Below are positions 9,316-17,609 of a stretch of 64,000 nt of DNA, in pieces. A model generated the notes under the pieces. That model was given only the letters and a program-made list of their open reading frames with translations, did no database searches and was not told where the DNA came from. Every line of letters starts with the position of its first letter. Within the stretch, counting starts at the first letter, position 1. The DNA is from a virus (taxonomy: Duplodnaviria > Caudoviricetes), in the IMG/VR virus record IMGVR_UViG_3300042363_001420. One strand, 5' to 3'. Both the position numbers and the translations under genes were made by a program.

Positions 9316-10610
9316 TTGATCTGGCCCACTGGATTCCATTTAAATCCTCCCAAGCATTGCCAAGCAAATGCTGTGTTGGGCTTGGGATCCATGTTAAACA
9401 CAATGTCTCCTCTAGTGCCAGAGTATCCCGGAACTTCTCTACCAAAGCTGATACGGTGCTGACCGACTCGCAATTGCTTGACAGTGGTTAGACCTTCGGC
9501 ATCTATTTCCACGTGCGATTTACGGTTGGTACCAATGCTCAAAGACTGAGATCTAGCAGTTCCGATGTATCCATGCTGAGCACTAAGTCTTCCTATCAAC
9601 AACGAAACATCCTCATCCCACACACTCAAGGCCATCTCAGGATCTCTGGTATTGATGCCTACACGACGACGCAAGGTGTTAAAAGTATCGCCGGAAAAGT
9701 GTACCTGTCCATCAACTGTAAGATCTTCTAATACACCCACACGAGTAATAGCAGTTTGCGTAATTGTAGAGCTCAGTTGATTTCCTGAAATCAGTGGCGA
9801 GCCGTTGACCAAAACTTGGTCAAACTCGACACCTTGTTCCTTTGCTAATGTCAACACCTGTTGCACCAATCGGTGATTCCATTCTGCTGTGGTTTTTTCC
9901 AGAGTTTTTTGTGCAGCAATATCAGTTAATTCATCCCAGCTAGTGTTATCGGTGTTGATAGTACCTTTGACTACAAAGTTGTTGACAACAAGATCTCCTT
10001 TGATTTCTGCTGACTGTTCAACTGACAGATTGTTGGCAATCAAGTCATTTTCTACAACAACCACTTGATCCATAACACTGAGTTGAAGAGAGTCGGCAGA
10101 ATCTTTGATTCCTGGTGAGTCCACTATTTTTTGCAGATCTTGTTTCCACTGATCAAAGTTTTCTTTCACCGCAGAAACTACCACAGAGTTAATATCGATT
10201 GTGCTGAGCTGTTGAAGAACTCGTTGTGTCATGTGTTGATCAACTAAGTTTTGTATTTTACCTAACCAACCAGAATCTACTACTAAGTTATTAATAAGCT
10301 GATCAACTAAAGCCTGTACTGCAGAATCTATTGTAGCGGTAACACGGACAACATCAACATAAGAATCCAATCCAGGTACATGTCCTTGATCAAATAATTG
10401 TTTTACCTGTTGTTGAACTGTGTCAACCAGTTCTGGCACAGATGATATATTAGAAAATTTTCCGTTTATTCTACTTTGAATAATTTCGCCGATGCGTTGA
10501 TCTAGCACATCTGCTATCTCAATAGAATCTAAAATATCTTCGGTTTTTCTTTCTACAATTGAACGTATTTGTTCAACAATCAACTGTTCAACTGAATTGT
10601 TGTCAGACAT
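9312..10610 (-). CDS. Putative virion structural/fibre-like protein
   Basis: Helical N-terminal half, beta-rich C-terminal half with VGINTRDP and RGDIVFN..P....W.C motifs seen in phage fibre proteins. Confidence 0.45.
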   Translation of the reverse strand: MSDNNSVEQLIVEQIRSIVERKTEDILDSIEIADVLDQRIGEIIQSRINGKFSNISSVPELVDTVQQQVKQLFDQGHVPGLDSYVDVVRVTATIDSAVQALVDQLINNLVVDSGWLGKIQNLVDQHMTQRVLQQLSTIDINSVVVSAVKENFDQWKQDLQKIVDSPGIKDSADSLQLSVMDQVVVVENDLIANNLSVEQSAEIKGDLVVNNFVVKGTINTDNTSWDELTDIAAQKTLEKTTAEWNHRLVQQVLTLAKEQGVEFDQVLVNGSPLISGNQLSSTITQTAITRVGVLEDLTVDGQVHFSGDTFNTLRRRVGINTRDPEMALSVWDEDVSLLIGRLSAQHGYIGTARSQSLSIGTNRKSHVEIDAEGLTTVKQLRVGQHRISFGREVPGYSGTRGDIVFNMDPKPNTAFAWQCLGGFKWNPVGQIK

Positions 10611-11520
10611 CTTCTCTCCAGGTATCTAAGGTCACACAATGAAATCCACCGCCTAAGGTACGACTGTGTCTTAATTCGTGCGGGATTACATTAAAGCTCC
10701 ACTGTTCTAATTTACGTATTAGTTCGGTTTGATAACGATCTACGATAACCGTGTGACTGTCAATGGCCAGCATGTTTAAGGCTATCCACTTACTGGCATA
10801 CGGATATTGATAAAAATTTTGGGGGACTACATTATCCACATAAATTTTATCCCATTTTTCAAATATCTTAGGGCAATTAGATTCATTGACACGAGCAGCA
10901 TTCAACAATACCAAACCTTCTCTCAAAGGAACCACTGTGGAATCGATGTGTACTCCGGCATAAAAGTTGCAGATTTCAATGTTGATCTCAGGAAACTGTG
11001 CTTGTAACCAAACTGCAGCAGCACGATTGCCACTGGCACTTTCTAAATACAACCAAGTGTCGCCCAGTCTGGCAATGTTAGCAGCATCTAATACATATCC
11101 GCTGTTTCTAGGCATGGTTAACACACAATTGCCGTCAATAACAAAATCCAGAGTCTGAATCTCTTGATCTCTGCAGGGGAAGTGCATGGCAGTGTCTACT
11201 ATAACATCTCCGGCAATTAACAGTCGATCTCTAGGACAATAGTTGTACATGCCGTTAGTGGTTGCAAAGTCACGATCCCTGGGTCGATGTACTGTAACTC
11301 CAGCACAGCGTAATATATCACACAACCCTTCAAGATCTTGGTTACTTTCGTCAATGATCCATTGCGGAACAGGACCCGACGGCAAAGGTGTCTCTTTCCA
11401 GAGTGTAGTGTCTTTTTCAGCAGCAAACACCGGATCTAGACTAGGCCAGTTAGCTCCAGTGGCAGTGCCCACTACTATCTCCTTTAGTCTGCCCCATTCA
11501 TTGCTGGAAGATATTTTCAT
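10603..11520 (-). CDS. Amidinotransferase (glycine/inosamine-phosphate amidinotransferase family)
   Basis: NEWGRLKEIVVG, CPRD, DAAN, HIDST and C-terminal GGGFHCVT catalytic motifs. Confidence 0.9.
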   Translation of the reverse strand: MKISSSNEWGRLKEIVVGTATGANWPSLDPVFAAEKDTTLWKETPLPSGPVPQWIIDESNQDLEGLCDILRCAGVTVHRPRDRDFATTNGMYNYCPRDRLLIAGDVIVDTAMHFPCRDQEIQTLDFVIDGNCVLTMPRNSGYVLDAANIARLGDTWLYLESASGNRAAAVWLQAQFPEINIEICNFYAGVHIDSTVVPLREGLVLLNAARVNESNCPKIFEKWDKIYVDNVVPQNFYQYPYASKWIALNMLAIDSHTVIVDRYQTELIRKLEQWSFNVIPHELRHSRTLGGGFHCVTLDTWREDV

Positions 11521-12040
11521 TTGGTACGCCTGTGATTTGTAACGTGTAACGATCTGTCATGCCCATGTTAGCAGCCAGATGTAAGGTATCGTTGTTCCAG
11601 ATTATAGTTTCACCAGCACACCATTCTACCACAGGATCTTGATTGATTTCAAAATAGTGGCCTGATTGCCAGTTTTCTAAAAATATTACAGCTCGAAAGA
11701 TTGAGCCAGTATCTTGGATGTTGTGTATTTTACAAAATCTAGCATAAGTGTCGGCATGGTTAGGCAATACTGTACCTGGTCCCATACGATAAACGCTCCA
11801 ACTAAAATGTTTCCAAGGAAAATATTTACGTAATGGAGTTATCCAGTCTGGTTCAGAATTACGCATATCGTACATGTCGCCAGTGAATCGAGTCTGCGTA
11901 TATCCCAACAAACGCCAATGATCTAAACTGATTTGGTCATTGAATGGTTCATTGGTATATGATAATTCTCGGTGTCGTTTATCCCACCAAGGATTATCAA
12001 TTCGATAATGCTGAAACTTAAACTTCTCTAGTGTTGCCAT
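11498..12040 (-). CDS. 2OG-Fe(II)/cupin-like oxygenase
   Basis: HxD (PNHAD), distal His (HLAAN) and Arg (RYTLQITG); paralog of 30380..31036. Confidence 0.65.
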   Translation of the reverse strand: MATLEKFKFQHYRIDNPWWDKRHRELSYTNEPFNDQISLDHWRLLGYTQTRFTGDMYDMRNSEPDWITPLRKYFPWKHFSWSVYRMGPGTVLPNHADTYARFCKIHNIQDTGSIFRAVIFLENWQSGHYFEINQDPVVEWCAGETIIWNNDTLHLAANMGMTDRYTLQITGVPNENIFQQ

Positions 12041-13259
12041 AGTGTATCACTGTGTATTTGTCACTGACAGGAACTTGACGCCAGGGATCTACAATGACCG
12101 AACCTTCTGGAATCTCGCAATAAGGGCGAGTTGCTTCTTGTTCTCCGGTGTATTCATATGTGATTTTACGATTGTGAGCCCAGAGTATTACGTGCGGCCC
12201 TTTGATTTCATCGACTACGTCAGTGGGATCATCTGCTAAGGGATCTAAATATCTAACTTCTGCATCTAGTTCATTGAGATAATGTCCTACTAGTGTCGAA
12301 TAACTACCGATACAATAAGGAACATCTGGCTTATAGGCCTTGCCGTGAATTATAATTGGTTCAAAGATATTGTTTTTTTCCGCAACTGTTGACAAATACT
12401 GAGCCAAGTTCTTGGCTTGAATTTCTCTAGCATGCATAATAGTGTCAAACAAGTCGTAACCAATTTGGTATTCTTGAGCAAGCCATCGTAAAGCAATATT
12501 ATCTCTGGGATGGCAAGCTCCGGCGTCGCCCATGCCTGCAGTCATGTACTTAGGTCCCATGATTCGCATGGTAGATCTGGCTAGTGCATTGGTCACTACA
12601 TCAACATTGATATTGCCAATCTTCATAGCAAAATCTTGAATCATGTTGGCTAAACCTACTTTGGCTGAAATAAAAGTATTGTAAAAAATCTTGATAGCTT
12701 CGCATTCATCCCATGTTCCAATTTCATATCTGGGATTATTTTGCATGATAGTTTTGTATAAGTCAATTAATTCTCCGGCCAATGCATTGGGATTTCCGTC
12801 ATTGGTTCCAATCATAATCATTTCTGGGTTAACCATGTCCCACTTAACAGAACCCATGGCAATGAGATATGGATTGTATAAAAACTGGTGCTTGGAGTCT
12901 AGCCTTGTAATAAAATGTCGTCGTGTAGTTCCCGGCAATACTGTTGAAATCAATACAACTTTCTTAGAAGTGGTAGCATATTGATTTACTTTATCTATAG
13001 CGTCCAACACAGCAGAGTGACCAAAATCTTTTGGTTCCATATGACTACTAGGGACCGAACCATCATATCCCAGAGCATGCGGGGTTGGAACAGCAATAAA
13101 GATCCAATCGCTGTGATTAATTGTTTCTTCAGCCGAGCACACATTGACTAACTCACTTACTCTCGGTGAAAGATCGTACCCACGTACAGTATGCTTTTCT
13201 GCGAAAACTTCAGCACAATCGAGCCCTAACTTTCCGAGGCCAATAAAGCCTATATTCAT
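12018..13259 (-). CDS. ugd: UDP-glucose/GDP-mannose 6-dehydrogenase
   Basis: GLGKLG Rossmann motif, AVPTP, STVLPGT, KIFYN, GACHPRD (catalytic Cys), GKAYKP. Confidence 0.9.
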   Translation of the reverse strand: MNIGFIGLGKLGLDCAEVFAEKHTVRGYDLSPRVSELVNVCSAEETINHSDWIFIAVPTPHALGYDGSVPSSHMEPKDFGHSAVLDAIDKVNQYATTSKKVVLISTVLPGTTRRHFITRLDSKHQFLYNPYLIAMGSVKWDMVNPEMIMIGTNDGNPNALAGELIDLYKTIMQNNPRYEIGTWDECEAIKIFYNTFISAKVGLANMIQDFAMKIGNINVDVVTNALARSTMRIMGPKYMTAGMGDAGACHPRDNIALRWLAQEYQIGYDLFDTIMHAREIQAKNLAQYLSTVAEKNNIFEPIIIHGKAYKPDVPYCIGSYSTLVGHYLNELDAEVRYLDPLADDPTDVVDEIKGPHVILWAHNRKITYEYTGEQEATRPYCEIPEGSVIVDPWRQVPVSDKYTVIHYGNTREV

Positions 13260-13377
13260 AATGATTTCCTTTTGATTTAACCAGTTGATGTTTGTATTAA
13301 ATTTTGATCGACAAAACTGTATATAATTAAAGTGTACGTTGAACTACTAACTTTACCAAATACAATCAAACCTCAAA

Positions 13378-14652
13378 ATGACAGTCCCTGTACATAATTT
13401 ATACGATTTTGTCCACCAAGTTACAAAAAACAAATACCTATTGCTGTATTTTTATCCATGGGGGCATAAGTCTATATCAAACTTATTTTATCATCAAATT
13501 GATCAGAATTTTGTCAACGGCTCAAATGGGATACCGGAAGAAAATCGATATCCCACAAGTATCAAGACCAACATCGACGCATTTAAACAAGTCAGGATTT
13601 TTCAACCAATAATTATCTGCCATGATCAGGAACCACTACAGTTTGATTTATACGACAAAGACAGTGAATTTGTAACCAATTATGTTGACGAAATCAATCA
13701 ACAATACTATGATATTGTGCCACCAGACTTATTTGAATTAAATTTACGGTTAGCAATGCCAAGTTCGTTGCAAAAAACTTGTATATTGTTACATTCTGAA
13801 ATTAATTCTGCAGAGTTGCTGCGCTACGAAAACACAGGGCAATTTCAAGGTGCATATTGGTGGAGTCATGCTGTTATTGCTAGAGACTGGTATCGATTTG
13901 CCGAAGTTGATCAAAGTTTAAAACACAAAGATACACATAAAATATTTTTATCTTATTGCCGAGATACATCTGGATCTAGAAGTTATCGAAAAGATTATCT
14001 AAACTTACTCGATCATTACCAACTGATAGATAACTGTCAGCTTTCTTGTCAAGATACTAACTCAAATGCCAGTGCAATTTACAATGCAGAAGACTTCAAT
14101 CACACTGCTATCAGCGTTGTACTTGAGACAATTTTTGATCAACGTATACATTTGACAGAAAAAATTCTACGCCCAATTGCTTGTGGACACCCTTTTATTT
14201 TGGCTGCTGGGCCTGGCAGTTTACGGCTGTTGCGTTCCTACGGATTTAAAACGTTCGGTGGCTACATTGACGAAAATTACGACGAAATAACAGATTCAAC
14301 TGACCGACTTCGAGCCATTGTTAAAGAAATGCGACGCATAGTAGATTTGCCTCAAGATCAGAAAAATCAGTTATTTGAAATTCTAAGAAGTATTGCTGCT
14401 TACAATCAACAAAGATTTTTTTCTACTGAATTTATTAAACAAGTAACTGAACAATTGGAACGTAATGTCGAATCGGCATTTAATGTTCATTGCGGAGAGC
14501 TAAATTTTGAGACCTGGTGGCGACACAGAAAGTGGCGTAAAAAGATCATCGGTGCTGACTGGAAAAAAATCACAGAGAACAGCAGTACCACCAAGATGAT
14601 ATTATCACTCATGCGCCAGCACAGATTAGCTCAACGTGCTAGTTGCGAATAA
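13378..14652 (+). CDS. Putative glycosyltransferase-like protein (copy 5)
   Basis: VVLET..HLTEKILRPIACGHPF..LRSYGFKTF..IDENYD. Confidence 0.5.
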   Translation: MTVPVHNLYDFVHQVTKNKYLLLYFYPWGHKSISNLFYHQIDQNFVNGSNGIPEENRYPTSIKTNIDAFKQVRIFQPIIICHDQEPLQFDLYDKDSEFVTNYVDEINQQYYDIVPPDLFELNLRLAMPSSLQKTCILLHSEINSAELLRYENTGQFQGAYWWSHAVIARDWYRFAEVDQSLKHKDTHKIFLSYCRDTSGSRSYRKDYLNLLDHYQLIDNCQLSCQDTNSNASAIYNAEDFNHTAISVVLETIFDQRIHLTEKILRPIACGHPFILAAGPGSLRLLRSYGFKTFGGYIDENYDEITDSTDRLRAIVKEMRRIVDLPQDQKNQLFEILRSIAAYNQQRFFSTEFIKQVTEQLERNVESAFNVHCGELNFETWWRHRKWRKKIIGADWKKITENSSTTKMILSLMRQHRLAQRASCE

Positions 14653-14995
14653 TAACTCCAGTCCAAGCAGGATCTAGTTCAACTTCTCGGTACTGAGCAA
14701 TACGCTCCAACAGTGAACTATAAAAGCTATCTAATTCTCCGTTCCAGCGTCCTTTGAGATGTTCTATTGCGTCAACACAATAATTCCAGTTGCGTAAACA
14801 GTAGTTGCGAATTAAATTTGCATGTAATTCTATATTTCGATCCATGCCTGTCATTTCAGCAATTGGTACAGTTTCTATTAGACAAAAAGCAGTACGCTGT
14901 TGATCTATACTGGCAAAATAAAATGTGTCTAACGGTAATACAGTGTATTTGGCTTTGATATCATCTGTAATTGTATCTTCAAACATTATGTTCAT
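14639..14995 (-). CDS. Hypothetical protein resembling the C-terminal helical tail of class III nucleotide cyclases
   Basis: Y..RNW..C....L...D.FY..L..RI..Y......WTGVI pattern. Confidence 0.4.
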   Translation of the reverse strand: MNIMFEDTITDDIKAKYTVLPLDTFYFASIDQQRTAFCLIETVPIAEMTGMDRNIELHANLIRNYCLRNWNYCVDAIEHLKGRWNGELDSFYSSLLERIAQYREVELDPAWTGVIIRN

Positions 14996-15294
14996 ACAGT
15001 TTCTGGCTCAAGTTTAATTTGTAAAGGGTAACCTTCGCTACGGGCATTAACAGTAATTTCGATTCCTTTTTGTTCGGCCAATTCATAAGGCAAGACAGCA
15101 ACCACACTAGACCCAGACTCGTGAATGTCCACGGTGATCTTCTCTGCAGTGGTTACAGTGTAATCAAAATATTCAATTAAGGAAGTGACAACAAATTCCA
15201 TTGGAGTTTGATCGTCATTGATATAAATGACCTTAAACATGGGAGGTTCTGATAATTTTACTTCTGATTTAATTTTGGTTTCAATATTGGCCAT
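14992..15294 (-). CDS. clpS: N-degron adaptor ClpS
   Basis: PPMFKVIYINDDQTPMEFVV...IHESG...AEQK...YPL. Confidence 0.93.
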   Translation of the reverse strand: MANIETKIKSEVKLSEPPMFKVIYINDDQTPMEFVVTSLIEYFDYTVTTAEKITVDIHESGSSVVAVLPYELAEQKGIEITVNARSEGYPLQIKLEPETV

Positions 15295-15313
15295 GGATAA
15301 TCCTGGTATGTTG

Positions 15314-15336
15314 CGAGGGTACACCATGTACCCTCG
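15314..15336. other. Perfect 10-bp hairpin between hsp20 and clpS
   Basis: cgagggtaca-cca-tgtaccctcg; no U-tract. Confidence 0.6.
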
Positions 15337-15348
15337 GTCCTACAGTGT

Positions 15349-15795
15349 TTACTCAGTGATAGTGTTGTTGTAACTGATGGCAATTTTTCTAGGCTTTTGT
15401 GAATCCGGAACAATTCTTTCCAGTCCAATAGTTAGAATTCCATCTTGAAATGTTGCTGCGTGAACTTCTACGTACTCACCCAGTGTCCAACTGCGAACAA
15501 AATCGCGATTGCTGATACCATGATGTAGATATTCTACTTCAGGATCAGTTGGGCTGCGATTACTGCGAACAGTTAACGATCCTTCGTGAAATTCAACATC
15601 AATTTCACTGGGGCGGAACCCAGCCACAGCCAAACGAATTTCGTAAGACTCGTCGCCGGTCTTGACAATATCATAAGGTGGATAATTGTTGTTTGTGGTT
15701 GCATCCAACTGTTTGGTAATACGATCGAACAATCGATCTACTCCAACAGAATTGCGATACAAAGGTGCGAGGTCAAAAGATGTGATTCTAGTCAT
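15349..15795 (-). CDS. Small heat shock protein (Hsp20/IbpA family)
   Basis: NYPPYDI, LAVAGF, YLHHGIS.RDF, DGILTI, PRKIAI. Confidence 0.95.
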   Translation of the reverse strand: MTRITSFDLAPLYRNSVGVDRLFDRITKQLDATTNNNYPPYDIVKTGDESYEIRLAVAGFRPSEIDVEFHEGSLTVRSNRSPTDPEVEYLHHGISNRDFVRSWTLGEYVEVHAATFQDGILTIGLERIVPDSQKPRKIAISYNNTITE

Positions 15796-15863
15796 GTTTA
15801 TCTCCTATTAAGCAAGTTTGACTAATGTGTAGCCCGACTATCGGCACTACATGTGTATTTATA
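15796..15863 (-). promoter_or_regulatory. hsp20 leader: TATAAATA promoter, 5' hairpin and ROSE-like SD-sequestering hairpin
   Basis: Minus strand reads TATAAATAcacatGTAGTgCCGAtagTCGGgCTAC...aaacTTGCTtaatAGGAGataaacATG. Confidence 0.6.
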
Positions 15864-15890
15864 ACATATCTATGTCATTAACACAATATA

Positions 15891-16154
15891 TTATGGTAAG
15901 TTGCGTTCTCGATCTACAACAATTCTGTAGTCATGCCACCAGAGATCGTTAAATGACGGATTCCAGGTCAGACGAAAAAACACATAGTGACGATCATCAT
16001 CAAAACACACACGATGTATCAGTTTAACAGTTTTTTCTTTGTAAGTTATGTTGTGATGTTGAGCCCAACAAGCTAATTCTTCAGAGATCCAGTCGCGGGC
16101 GTGGCCAGGAAGAAAACCTCCCCGTTCCGGAGGCAAGCGGAACTCAATCAACAT
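15891..16154 (-). CDS. Hypothetical protein
   Basis: ORF coupled to rpsU stop. Confidence 0.6.
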   Translation of the reverse strand: MLIEFRLPPERGGFLPGHARDWISEELACWAQHHNITYKEKTVKLIHRVCFDDDRHYVFFRLTWNPSFNDLWWHDYRIVVDRERNLP

Positions 16155-16375
16155 CAGTACATTTTTTTGGGAAGTTCTTGCCCGCGCAGGTACTTTTTCC
16201 AGCGGCTCTTGGCTTGTGCAGCACGAACTTTTTTGCGTGTGGTTGGTTTGACAAATGTTTCACGTTCGCGCAGTTCTAATAACAATCCAGATTCATTGAT
16301 TTTTTTCTTGAACTTGCGAAGCGCACGTTCGATGTTTTCGTCATTGACAAATACAGTTCTTCCTAGTAATTTCAA
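16154..16375 (-). CDS. rpsU: Ribosomal protein bS21
   Basis: [16 protein letters not shown]...[18 protein letters not shown] signature. Confidence 0.93.
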   Translation of the reverse strand: MKLLGRTVFVNDENIERALRKFKKKINESGLLLELRERETFVKPTTRKKVRAAQAKSRWKKYLRGQELPKKMY

Positions 16376-17598
16376 TCTATTTTCCTTTCAAGTACGGTAG
16401 GATTATTTACCTGGGTTTTATCGATTACCACGCGATTGATTTTATCTCGCTGATACTGCTTTAAGTGAAACATGTGCGGCATCAAAGTTTTTTCTAATTC
16501 CGAGTGTAATGCTCTGGCACCAGTTCCGGATGTAATAGCCCGATCAACTACAGCATCTATGGCGTCTTCAGTGAAATCTAAATCAACTGAATCTTGTTCA
16601 AATAACCAACGATACTGTTCTATAAGATTATTTTTACTTTCCAGCAGAATCCTGATGAGATCTTGTTTTGATAAAGGATCTAGCGAAACTACCCCGGGAA
16701 ATCTTCCAATAAACTCTGGTATCATTCCAAACTTGACCAGATCGTCGGGCGTAACAGTTTCTAGCGAAATATCTTGTTGAGATGCTAATGAAATTCCAAA
16801 ACCAATACCACCGGCACTTGTGCGTTGTTTGATAATCTTGTCTAGACCAACAAATGCTCCGCCGGCAATAAACAAAATATTAGTGGTATCAATTTCTACC
16901 ATTTCTCCTGCCGGATGTTTTCTTCCACCAGCAGCTGGAAATCTACAAACTGTGCCCTCTACAAGTTTTAGTAAAGCCTGCTGCACTCCTTCTCCCGACA
17001 CATCCCTAGTAATACTAGCGCCTTCGCTTTTTCTTGAGATCTTGTCAATTTCGTCGATATAAACAATACCTTGCTGTGTTTTTTCTACACTATTACCACT
17101 AGCAGCGTACAAGCGTGATATTAATGTTTCTACATCATCACCAACATATCCAGCTTCAGTAATGCTGGTAGCATCTGCAATAACAAATGGAACATCTAGA
17201 TAACGTGCTACACTCCGAGCCAACAAGGTCTTGCCGCAGCCGCTGGGGCCAATCATGAGAATATTAGCCTTGGCTATTTCCAATGCTCGAGAAATGTCAG
17301 ACATGTTGGCATAGTGATTGATTACTCGCTTGTAGTGATTAACAATAGCTACACTGAGAGTAATTTTACTGATGTCTTGACCGATCACATACTGATCCAA
17401 GAATGTTTTTAGTTCCATTGGATCCATTGCTTCCAACTGCGTGTTGCTTTGTTCTGCCGGTGCTGTGTCAGATTTCAATAGGTCTTGGCAGAGTTTTACG
17501 CACTCATTACAAATTGCAACTGAATCACTGACAATAAGTTTGCGTACTTCTTCTTTCTTTTTACTGCAAAAACTACAAACATGCGGTATGTTTGTCAT
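16372..17598 (-). CDS. clpX: ATP-dependent Clp protease ATP-binding subunit
   Basis: C4 zinc finger CSFC..CNEC, Walker [13 protein letters not shown] loop, [22 protein letters not shown] and IGF loops. Confidence 0.97.
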   Translation of the reverse strand: MTNIPHVCSFCSKKKEEVRKLIVSDSVAICNECVKLCQDLLKSDTAPAEQSNTQLEAMDPMELKTFLDQYVIGQDISKITLSVAIVNHYKRVINHYANMSDISRALEIAKANILMIGPSGCGKTLLARSVARYLDVPFVIADATSITEAGYVGDDVETLISRLYAASGNSVEKTQQGIVYIDEIDKISRKSEGASITRDVSGEGVQQALLKLVEGTVCRFPAAGGRKHPAGEMVEIDTTNILFIAGGAFVGLDKIIKQRTSAGGIGFGISLASQQDISLETVTPDDLVKFGMIPEFIGRFPGVVSLDPLSKQDLIRILLESKNNLIEQYRWLFEQDSVDLDFTEDAIDAVVDRAITSGTGARALHSELEKTLMPHMFHLKQYQRDKINRVVIDKTQVNNPTVLERKID

Positions 17599-17609
17599 GC
17601 GGATGCTTC

